DNA of 64,000 nt from Catajapyx aquilonaris. Taxonomy: Eukaryota. The stretch covers positions 124,001-188,000 of the forward strand of contig KZ537960.1 in NCBI GenBank assembly GCA_000934665.2. Reading direction: 5' to 3'. Shown here in pieces: positions 1 through 11,985 of this stretch. Positions within the stretch are counted from its first letter, which is position 1. Each line of letters starts with the position of its first letter. Both the position numbers and the translations under genes were made by a program. The notes below the pieces were generated by a model. The model saw nothing but the letters and a program-made list of their open reading frames with translations, ran no database searches and had not been told where the DNA came from.

Positions 1-1593
1 AGAGTTGGCGCCGGTTCCAATCATGTTATTTTGGGACCTATCTTGAAACCAGACATCTATCTCAAGTGCGTTTTATGGGGCTCTGCAGTCTCAGTCTTTT
101 TTATCTTTCCTCTCACAGCTAGCCGAAGAATAATGACCAACAAGTTTTCCTCGTTGTTTAGCTCGGTACTCAACACCAAGGGAACAATGCCACAATACGG
201 TCATTATGATTTCAAAAGCATGGATGCCAAGCTTCTGATGCAACTGTCCCCAAATATCTTAAAATATACCCAGACGCCATTGATTTTTGAGGAATTCGTG
301 AAACTTGCCTTTGGAGGAATCGCGGTTTTTCAACCCACAGTGAAAGACATTGTTCTTTAGATCCCTCGAGGAATTTGACAAGATGGAATTCCAGGAGGTC
401 GTTGCCTCTTACTCCCCCGTCCCGTGGGTAGCTATAGGGAGATGCTGGCCAAAAGGGTAATGATATGATCTATCGAGTCATAGACATTTTTGATAGACCC
501 TATTTTTCCTCCTGGTGTTGTCATTGTCTGGAGTCTTATCTCATTAACGGTTGGTAAACTTCTTGTATACGACCAGACATGATGTCATACATGCAGACGG
601 ACGATGAAATCACAGGATTGAACTTGTCATACTGATCCGGCACCATTGTTACTGGCACAAGAATATTCCGATAAAACCATGGCCATTTCCAGTCTGAAAG
701 TGAAACGGAAGTAGGTTTCGAGTGACCAAGTCGTAAAGGTCAGGTCGGCGGTTCCCATCGAGTCACGGCCACAAAGGTGACAAAGGTCATCTCACGTCCA
801 CTTTTCCTACTACCAGACGGTGTCGTCTTTCAGTATTGCGCTTCGGTGTCCCCAATCGGACCTGCACCTCTTCAGATCAAGAACCTGCCAAAGGTCACCT
901 TGTACAGCTGTCCTCGTCTCATTTCAAAGTCCAGTACGGTATTGGCCTGTATAATAATATTGGTCTTCCGGAATATACCTTGTGCCAACTTGACCCCGCA
1001 GAAAGGAGGTCAGCGAAAGGCGATTTCGCCCCCTTCTAATTCCTTTTCTTATACTCAAGTGCTACCACCAAGACTGGGCTGTGTTGGCGGAAGTGTGACC
1101 TTTTCAAACACATGCACGTGGGTGGGATTAGCGTACGCCATGCATAGAAGACACGGTTTTTCCTAGTAATAGAATTAGCAAGTGGGCCATCTATCATATG
1201 TGAGGAGCACACACTTGTCATATTTGTACAAGACTAATGATCTCAGGGGTCAAATATTCTCATTATGCATATCTGGATGTCCTCTTTTAGCATCATCTAT
1301 TTTTTTTAATGGTCATCTTGTCTAATATGAAAGTCAAAGACCGATTTTTTTTTTACCAGCCTAGATATGCATGGTATGTCGCTGCACATGCACATCGGTG
1401 TCCTTCAAAGTGCATAATTGACAAGGTAGTTCAACCTACATTTTGATGCAATCTGGATGGCTTCCTTGTACCGTTACAGGGAACGTCAAGGATTTCAACT
1501 CTTGCATGGTGTGGTATCAAGTCACGCCTTATGTCCTTCCATTCAGACCCATAATGCCCACCTTTCATTCATCAAATTTCCGTGATTACTTAC

Positions 1594-4503
1594 CTCCACC
1601 ATTTTTGTAGCAAAGGTACGGGAACCTCCAGACATTCCCCAGACCAACAGAGACGCTGATGCAGGAGAAGAGGAAATCCAGCTTATTGCCCCATCCGCCT
1701 CTTTCTTCTTCGGCGGCCTCTGGGTCCTCCTCAGCAGTCTTGGTGACCACCGGCCCCGGGGTGGGCACCAACCCATTAGGTGCCGGCTGGGGGGCTTGAG
1801 ACCCATTGGTCGCTTTCCGCTGCTTGGCCTCAGTTGCCTTGGCACTGGGTGAGGCTGATGGTGCCTTGGTCGGTGAAGAAGCTGCGGTGCTCTTGGCCGA
1901 GAACTCGATGAATGCGTCGTCTGGATCCACAGCCTCTTGCTGACGATGCTCCTCGTCCCAGTAGTACACCTTGGAGGACATGGCCCTTGAGCTGTCTCCC
2001 TTACCTTGCTTAGTGGTCGCCACGTCTGCCGTCTGAGTTGCCTTTTTTCTGCAACAACAAAACAACAACAATCCCATTAGCACGTGTGCTGACTCATTCC
2101 ATGATTGTACAGGAGGACCCAAACTCTCTCAGGGGAACCTTGTCCTTCATTCATTCTTCGGGGAGACAACCTTCGCCCAACCAATGGAGGCTGGGAAGAA
2201 GCACAGACGTGGTCCGTGAAGGAAGACGAAGAAGAAAAAATATTCATTCAAAGAATGGTCCCATTCATACCTCCCTTTTAGAGGGCACAAACTATGTGGA
2301 CATCAAACATCCGGGAGTTTTGAAATTTTTATCGTGTTTTCTTTTTGCTGTGCTTGGTAAAGACAACGGGATTCTTTGATGGTGAACACCAGTCGTCGTC
2401 GCCAAACTTGACCTGACTTTACCCCAAGGCAGATTCGAAGCAAGTCCATTGACAGGCTGACGTCACGGTTTGGCTTGTACTAGTTTGCATTTTTTGAATC
2501 ATCCGGATGGTATTTGATCAATTATTCAGAACATTGGAATGCTGCATTTAATTAGCACTCAGAGTACGTCTTACATTAATGTTTATTGTTTATAATAAGA
2601 CTTATGCTGGGTCAAAAAAAAATGAAGGCGCCAAGCTGACGAACATCGTCCTATGCAATTCCCGGTCCATATTGACTCTCCCAAAGGAGTTTTATTGCAT
2701 TCTTATCTTCCGGTACGCACATTACTTTCATAGAATCACATTAGGCAAGGAAGTTGTGCACGTGTGAAATAAAGGCGTCAGACGGCCGGAAATAGTCGTC
2801 TCTATAGGCTTTTTAACGTTCCTTACAAAGTGCATCTAACTGAAAACTCATCATTTATGGTAGGTTTTTTGGCTCAGGGGTATGCACTTAACTGCATTTC
2901 CTTCCCTTTGTGCTTAGAGGCCAAGAAGTCAAGGTGACAAAAAAGTGCAACGCGATTCAGCTGAAATCATTGACCACCCATGTAATTAATTTGAAGGTGA
3001 TAATGCATTGCCATACCATTGCACAAGGACTTGCTTGGCTTGTTGTATTGCAAGTGGCAGGAATTTAGGCTGTAGATGACCTTATTGTTTTCTGATTTCT
3101 TCATAAGTGTGTACCAGGCTTAGTGGTAATAAAAATTGTGAAATTTTAGTTTTTCTGCCCAATTTTCTAACTAAAATTACGATTAGTTAAGCCTCTAATC
3201 ACGAAAAGTATTTGATCAGTTGTGTAACGTATAATCAGCCAGGGCCATATTTAATCCTTTATGTACTTAATGATAATCACCTAGGCCATCTTGATACATT
3301 TTGTCTTTCAAAAAAAACAACCCCGCGGTATATCCTCCTCAATATTCACTAACACTTACGCATCCCAATGTTTGTCAACAAATTGTTGACAAACAATATA
3401 CCGCTATCACGATTCATTCATTCAACCGATAGATCCTATAGTGGATACTTAGTGATTCTCAGACATCAGACAGATGGGGATTTGGGCCAAGGGAAGAAAA
3501 AAAATATGGACAGGAAATGCCGTGAAAAGATGCTGGAAACCTGATCCTCCTTCACCCTCACCCCCCCTACCATCCCTACCCTCTTGGCATGGGCACCTCC
3601 CGAAAAGGCGGGGCTGTAGGACCTAAACAAAACACGTTTCGTCTATACCGCGTAAAAATGTTTAAAAAAATGACAACTTACCATACACAAGTCCTCTATC
3701 GATGTACTCACTTTCACACCAGTGATCAAAAATCGCGTTTAAAAAAAAAAACTCAAATGACAAAAAAAAAATTTGAGCTAATTTCAAGTATTTGTACGAT
3801 TAAGTGTTGGTTTTTGAGTTTTTTTGAGCGAATTTACGGAATGTTATGCGGAGTTTAAAAAAAGCACATGTGCCATGGACTGAAGTTTCCCGCGGAATGA
3901 GTTTGCCTATGCCTGAACAGCCTCTTTATAAAGGGGGTGCGATGTTGTCACATTTGTTTCCCGCTCTTAGCTTGAATGAGTTTTTTTTAGTTGGTCTGTA
4001 GGAATTTTTTTGTTCCTTTAGAAAGGAGCGGCATTTTTTTTTTTTTTCGAAACATTTTTTTGGGTGGTTAAGGGTGGCCCATGTTACGGTCCGGTTCGAG
4101 CTAACGTCATAGAAAGGGGATATATATATTTTTTTGTATAGGTGCGTTTGGGGGCCACTGATTGGCTGGGTGGTCAATTAGATTATCTGATAGAAGAGTA
4201 ACGCTAGTAATTATTATTCTTGTTACGACATTGTGAATATGTTTCATATGAGTTGTGTTTTTGCCTTTTTTTATCTGATGAAGTGAGAATTTCAGATTGT
4301 AAGGTGTGTGATTACCACATCCGCTGATAAGTGTGGAAACATAGGTGGCGCCCATCAAATTAATTGCTAATCAGCTAACAGTTGGCCCGTACTCAAAATT
4401 TTGATAATGGCATCACTGGCATTGTCGGCGTCGTAAACTAATATTGTACACTGTAGATAGTGTGGAACCTATTACAGTATATTGCCGTTATTAACTGGCA
4501 CGC

Positions 4504-4571
<68 letters not shown>

Positions 4572-7504
4572 GCTGCTGATAAAAGTGGCATGTAACTACG
4601 TATAAGAGATCTAACCTGATGAAACCAAGTTCTAGGATTGCAATCCACCGGAATAAACGTGACTCTAGTAATTGCCAATCAATTATCAAAGCCCCCATCA
4701 AGGAGCCTTTGACGTATATCCCCATGCAACCAAAGACTAATCTTATAATCTGCGCATTTCCTCATAGTCTGGAATCGAAGTGACAATAGCAATTGGGTAT
4801 ACAGTCTATGCAACTGATGCTTTCCATATACCATAGGCTTCAGACATCTCACGTGCACTCTATTGTTTTGGCGAATAACTTTATTCAAGAGTGTGTATAG
4901 AAGCATGTCACACACACACACAAAAACTTGTCTCGCCAAATGTATGACGCAGTGCATTGATTCTGCATAGGTACAGTACCCATGTCCACAAACATTATCA
5001 CCCAATCAATCAACCCCGACATGAATGAATGTGTGAAAGTTTTAAGGAGCCCAGCCTGCCACCCATTGCTCTAAAGGCGGGAAAAACCTTGTAAACAAAG
5101 GGCAGTGACATTGAAACGTGTTGTCCTTGCGACCACCAGCCCTGAGGATACCCTCACCAAACGCCTGGCAGTGTGACAACCCCCTGCCCGACACGTTAGT
5201 TTGGGTCACATACATGGAAGGGGCTAGTCTTGTAATGGGGGTCACCGAATGAATGTTTCAGCCTTGGAAGGCCCCTGCAAAGGCCGTATGTTGACCTTGG
5301 CTGGGGTTGGGCATTTTTGTTTGGGGGGGAATGGAAAAACGAAGATGGGTTGGGCACCTAAGGAATGCCTACAGACTGCCCCTGCCACTTATTTGGCCAA
5401 GTTTGGGGTGTGGCAAGTCAACTATGCTGCTCCCTACCACCTCCCCCTTATCCACCTTTTCCTCGACCTGGCCTCCTGGGGGCACTTTCTTCATGCCCCG
5501 AATGCCAATGACCCAAAACTTGATTTTACAACTACGCATCGGATTTTAGTCGACTAATATAGTATATAAAAAAATGAAACCTGTCATCCTATTATAAAGT
5601 TACCCTGCCAGTATGTATCAGGAGGCTAATTATTTTAGGGTGTTTATCTACTCAGATTTTTTGAAAGTTTAGAAAGCAAGTCTAGACGTAATTTATAATG
5701 GAGATGAGCTGGTTAGTAGTAGGCGTACCGTTACGTGTCTTGTAGGTTACGTCTAATTTTTTTCAGGTGCAAAAAAAATGACTGATTTTTTATGCGCAGA
5801 ATAAAGCAGATCTGATTGACATTTTGTTCCAAGGGCGGATATATTATTCTTCTGCTGATGCATTCTAAGTCATGGCGTCGCGATGCTTACACGAATCTGG
5901 GTTGTTGCTGAATAATAAACATTGGTGTAATAAACTACTCTGGAAATTATGTCATGGGTCTGGTTCGAAGAATTCAAGTTCAATAACTATTGGAGCGTGC
6001 TTTGATTTGTGATTAGTAGAGCTCACGCCATATATTTATGCAACGTAATTAACAAAAATTATGTTGGTCGACATTTCGTCGTTAAAAAAAATGCATATGG
6101 CAGAGTTGTATAATTTCAAGTTTCATTATATGGTACAACGGACAAGTAGGTTTTTGTCGTGCTTTTTCCTCATTGCGTGATGTCAAGTGATTCTTAGAAT
6201 TCGGAATGACAAGTTTTGGAGAATTAAAACCGGCGTACGTAGGATGTCTTTGGATGCTGGCCAATTGATGCAATCCAGGATGAAATTTCCTAATTCGTAT
6301 ATGGCATTGGTTTCATAACCTAGCCTAAAGGTGTATGATTCTACCATTGCACCTGTTCACACATTGTCTGAGTGTTTGACTAATTATGTAATGCGATCAC
6401 TAGATTATAGCTGAAAAAGTCCACCAGTGATTGACACATGAACGGATATGAGCATTATCCCGTACTACAATGGCGTAACTCCATTTTTTTCAAATGTACA
6501 ATATTTGTGTATACTGGTTGCATTATTGAAGCCACGATGTCTTTAAACTCTACGTGACCTGCGACCGCCTGCGACATGACGACATCTCTCAAGTGTCGTC
6601 ATAAGTAGCTCACGTGACTTCACCCGATAGCTTTTGCCCCCCAGAAGAGTTTTGGCAGTGACCTTTCCACTTACCCTTTTAACTCTTGACCTATAATAAA
6701 TGGAGGGGGGGGGNAGTCGCAATTCGATTACAGAATCTGCGTACATACTCGTGACGTCACAAGCCGACACTCCCCCCTCTTTCCCTACCTCCTAACCACG
6801 CCCCCGGGTAGTTAAATATTATGGTATGGGCCTACCTGTGGTATCCTTCCGATATACCTGTAAAGCACCAAGACTAATACTAACACCAATAAACAACAAC
6901 GTCATCAATGTGCAATAAGTGACATTGCCCGACATTGCCGAAGAGTACTTGGTACTGAGGAAAAAAACATAACAATCGACTTTGTTTTGCGTACATGTGC
7001 ATAATTGCGATTGTTAGTGTGACAGATTAATAAGCGTGTATTGGTGTCAATAGACGTCAATGACACTTACGTGCGGTCACTGCGCCATCTGCCTTGTGTT
7101 TACATGATGGCAAACCCCACTTCCGGAAATATTGTTGCTAATGCACTTGGACACATGCGGGGGCACACACTACATACATTTGGTACTACAACACCATTGC
7201 CGTACCCGAATAACGACATACCTAAAAATCGGTTTGGCTGCAACCGTCCGTAGCGCAAGTTAGGCGCCAACTGCGTCGCCGTCAATGCCGTCGAGTCTAC
7301 GAGACATCGACGCCGCCGACGCACCCCCCACCCCCACACCCCATTCTTTAAGAGCAGAATAATCAACATCCGAGTCAAAACAGCATCCCGAAGAGTATGT
7401 CCGATAAATGTTACTTACAGGTCGGGTTGTAATGTGGGTTGTGGGCATCCCAGGGGCTGGACATCGTTGGGTGGTACCGGTACTGTCGGTGGTGTATTGC
7501 TCAT
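1594..7504 (-). CDS. SLC6 (neurotransmitter:sodium symporter) family transporter, 5' part only; the gene continues beyond the window start
   Basis: Exon 2048-1594 encodes [38 protein letters not shown], the SLC6 TM1 signature, and ends at a GTAAGT donor. A candidate first exon 7504-7419 ([28 protein letters not shown], phase-2 GTAAGT donor) joins in frame to the acceptor at 2048. An alternative start is the ATG at 1981. Substrate not assignable. Confidence 0.88.
4504..4570. repeat. (TTA)n microsatellite, about 22 units
   Basis: Uninterrupted trinucleotide run; it produces the spurious poly-Ile ORF 4472..4678. Confidence 0.97.
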
Positions 7505-10313
7505 GGGGATCTGGTTTGATCTCGGTGGTAAGGACGCTGGTCGATGCCTACGTCCTACTATACTCCGAATCGATTTTGTGAGGGACCAAAGACCCCCATC
7601 AAAATCCCCCCCTCGTCGCCTGCACCCACGCCACCCCTTCTACATTCGCCCACAGATGCCACACTACCCACGTGGGTTTGTTTATTGCGCAGATTCATAC
7701 CTTTTGACTATATAATAATTAGATGCATCTAGGAGATTTTGGATATGAATGGATCTGGTGGAACTGGTTTCATGTGCGACGATTGTGGCGGAAGTTGTGA
7801 CGCAATAAAAGATTTGTGTGAATATGTGGAAAATCCGGTGACTCTCTTATAATCACTGGGTGATTGCAGTTGGTTATTGATTTATAAAATGTGTGGCTAA
7901 TGCTGGTTAAGTTGCGGGATATCCGGCTGGATTGCAAAAGGTGTCTTACCGGTTGATTGATTTACGGGAGATATGACGGTCTTGGTGACGCTGAGACTCG
8001 CGGTAGTGGCGTCACGTCGTAAAAGACAAGACGCAGATTACTGAATGGGATATGAGTAATGGTATTATTGTGACACCCACATGCTAGACAGATAAAAAGA
8101 CTCCAAATCCTCGCTTTTTCAAGGTGCATCCTCCCTCAACCCGATGGACCATGTATGGATAATCCTACTTGGATGTTGGATCACAATACCAGCATTCTTG
8201 GAAAACTTTAGTCATATTTTTTTGTCGTTTTTGCGTTAACAATATCATTAAAATTTTAAGGTAAATGCGCACCTAATGAGCCAAAGAGCCGGATCGAAAT
8301 TAGTTTTATTGGGCCATATAGCTACGGTCCCAATAATTCTAGATTTCCTCCTCTTCTTATAAGAGGAGGAGGAAAAGAAGAGGAGGAGGAAATCTGAGAA
8401 ATAAGTCAGAGACGGCTATCCTCTGCAGATGATAGTATTGCATGTTTCCTGATGGAACACTCCCTTGCAAGGGGAAATGGCAGTCAAAGTCAGATATCTG
8501 TAGAGAGATAACTGAAAAACGGTTATCCTCAAATTTTCAACAGGCTCTAGGTCAATGAGTAAAAGAACCCTGATTTTGTTGAATTCCGCCAATCATGACA
8601 GGTATAAGTTCTCGATAATGGCATAATGAAAATAACAATTCTTAACTTTAAAAAGTGGCATTTTCTGGGAATGAGGTTCGTTATGCCCTTGACTCTACAT
8701 TTAGTGTTTAATGATCTTATCATATTGCATAAGATCGAGACAGGTTGATGCCAGGAATTATTGACATTGTAAATTGGCAAAATTGCGACCAAGCTTTTAA
8801 TCATTGTGTCTATACATATTGTACTGTTCACCTGCAGATAATCTGGCTAGAACTTATATCATTTTTAGTGCATATCTGGTGATGAGACACTTCTTGCGTA
8901 ATTTCGTATACCGTGACACACACTGTCGATCAGTCTTTCTGAACAATTCATGTCACTGCTGTCATTATTGTTATTGTTGATGTTGCTATTGCTATTCTTG
9001 TTATCTGTACGAGTAAGTTATATTTGGATGTTATGATTGACAACAGCAACTGCAATTAATTTTTATAGGCCTATTGTAGTCGTGAGAGGCCCGACGAAAA
9101 TTGGGAGTCCATTAAAATTTTCAAGGCCTACTCGCTACAATGATTATAATATAGTCAAAAAACTTGCCAAATTCATCTCACACATTTTGCACCAATAGTA
9201 TAACTATCCAAGGCGCCAATTCTTACGTCCACTATAATTTTATTTCGTAAGAGTGTACACGTTAGTAGGCTACTAGGCTACTTCTTATCCGATTGATTAA
9301 GTCTTAAACTAACATTACACCTAGAAGATGCTGATATAAGACCTGATCAATCCAGAAGTATCCTGGTCGCACAGAAATCATTTAGGTTTAGATAAACTGT
9401 ATAAATACATTTGAAGTACATTGATACAGGCCTATCAAAAATAATTATTATCAATGTACGCTCAAGGTCATATTAATTTAGAATAAATGGTTGAAAAATT
9501 ATCTCATCGTCACATTTACATTTGGAGCCATCGATAGTTCACCTAGTGAGCCATGAGATGGCAGTGTCCCCCTGCACCGACGTCTCCATCTGCTGGCTGC
9601 GCTTGGCTCCATTCGACCCTCTGGTTGGTATGGTCGACGTCTGTGTCGGTAGCAGACGGCTGTCGTCTGAACCTGACCCAGTGCCAAAGAGAAGGAGGCT
9701 GCAGTGATACGTGCCAAATAATCAGCTGTTGCATGACAACCGCTCTCTGCACCTGCTAAGTGTGTGAGGAACACTTGTTGCCGTACACTGTTACCAATAC
9801 ATATTTATTGCTATCTAGGGTGGTGGTGGATTAAGCTGTCAGTTGTATATGTTGAGGGATGACATACGCATAATAATTGCCTATGTACATCTCATGAATG
9901 CGTTACAAATCTGAATGATAATTGAATATTTCAACACCATCCTGCGGTGCAATGACAGTGATTTTTGCCGTTACCACCTTATTGCCTCATTTTGTAGGGT
10001 CAAGTGGGATTCTTTAACGTTTCTTGATCAGTCCTTGACATGGGTGTGATTAATGGCTTGACACTGCTTGATAATGGGGAGAAAAAAAGGATTGGATATA
10101 CGTTTTTCTCCCCCACTTTTGCCTTGAACTCACTTTCTGTGCAGATGTACAAGTCAAAATCACGCAGGTCGTAATCATCTTAGTTACGTCATTCGCTTTC
10201 AGAGGTTGCCGCCAATTAAAGCTTCATTTGTAGGCTCCCATATTTTTGTTGGGTGTAATTGCTGTGTGGTTAGCTTCCCAGCTCATCTCATCCTTATTAC
10301 AGAAGTGGACAAG

Positions 10314-11911
10314 ATGTCAACGGCTGAGGAGGTGCGATTCATCTGGCGCTCGGCTGATGCAGTCTGTTTTGATGTTGACTCGACTGTTTGCCAGGATGAG
10401 GGAATGGATGAGCTGGCCAAATTTTGTGGAAAGGGGAAAGAAGTCACTCAATTGTAAGTTACAATGTTACATGCACCTTAGTAATAAATTTCTACTTATG
10501 ACATTATATTATTTTCTCAAGTAGAAAAGTGAATGGATAATAATTAACAGAGTGGACGTAAATAGCACAGTAACTTGCTTCATGATGTTATGGACACCGT
10601 TGTAACGTTGACTCTACTGAACAATTATAATTTTAAATTTTATCATGTCTTGATGTCCCACAATTGGAACAGTGCAGATGGAGATATGTCTTAAAACACT
10701 TTATTTCAGGACCAATGAGGCTATGAGTGGTGGTCTTGATTTTCGAGAATCACTTGGCAGACGCCTGGATATCATCCGGCCCCGTCTAGAACAAGTCCGT
10801 GATTTTGTCAAGGGCAAGCCTCCCAAGCTCACACCACATATCAAGTAAAACTCTTTTCATTATTGGCAATTAGGTACATTGGGATTGCCAAATTTTAGCT
10901 TGATCCTCCCTCTCAATTTAAGCCAATCTAGAGCCCATTTACAAATCCAATGTAGCCCTAGCATTAGGTTAGGTTTATATTATTTTAACAAGCATGTGAT
11001 TCTGGTACCTGCTGGGAATTGGGTACCCATTTGTTAATTACCTGGGTCCTTTCTCTAGTCTTAATTAGGAAGTTAAATTTGCAAATGACAAAAGATATAC
11101 CAACCCAAATGTTTCTTGCATAACAGGGAACTAGTGATAGAACTTCATCGACGGAGTGTCCCTGTATATCTGATATCTGGTGGCTTCCGAGGCATAATTG
11201 GACCTGTGGCACTGATGCTCAATATTCCTCTGGAGAATATATTTGCCAACAGGCTGAAGTTCTTCTTTGGAGGTGAGTTAATACCTGTGGCATGCTTCTG
11301 TTGTTCATCGTTCATGATAAAGGGAGTTGCACCTTTGCTAATTTTATCCACAATTGTGCTATAGGGGATGGGGAAGCTAGGATATGGAAAGGTCATTTCG
11401 GAGTTTTACAAAGTTTGACTTTGTATGTTTAATAAATTGACTGGTATTATCGTAAGTGTTGGTACAATACAGTAAACTTTGGTCATAATAAGTGGCTTCA
11501 GTACCATCTATCGAACCTTGTATCACTTATTGGTGTGGGGAAATGTGATAATTTATAGTCTGAGCCATATTCTGCTACTTTGTAAGCTACAGAGCTTGTG
11601 TGCTTTAGGTGGCCTAAAGCAGTCCACTCTAACTGTGCAACATTGCAGGTGATTATGCTGGATTTGATGAGGAAGAGCCCACATCACGCAGTAATGGCAA
11701 GGCTGAAGTGATCAAAGTTCTGAAGCGCAAGTTTGGCTATGGCAATGTTGTCATGATTGGTGATGGCATGACTGATCTAGAGGCCTGCCCCCCTGGTGAT
11801 GCTTTCATTGGATTTGGAGGCAATGTTATGCGTAAGGAAGTGCAGGCCAAGGCACACTGGTATGTCACTGATTTCCGTGAGCTGATTGACTCTCTACATG
11901 GACCAGAATGA
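10314..11911 (+). CDS. PSPH: Phosphoserine phosphatase (HAD superfamily)
   Basis: Exons about 10314-10453, 10710-10844, 11127-11272 and 11649-11911 splice in frame. Motifs: CFDVDSTV (HAD motif I), LISGGF (motif II), GKAEVI (motif III Lys), MIGDGMTDLEACPP (motif IV). Confidence 0.95.
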
Positions 11912-11985
11912 AACTGATCACAAGCAACAGAAAACAAAGTATTTTCTCTGGCATTACATAACTGTTTTATTTGGAGCCCCTGCCT

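Noticed and set aside
1..1221. Endogenous viral fragment in ORFs 31..360 and 777..1166 (YDFKSMD loosely resembles an RdRp motif A)
   Set aside because: No further polymerase motifs or recognisable family similarity, and the frames are interrupted. Treated as SLC6 intron; a BLASTX hit to viral proteins would reverse this.
3590..5570. Possible MITE or Helentron remnants in the SLC6 intron
   Set aside because: The composition looks repeat-like but no matched termini or TSDs could be defined.
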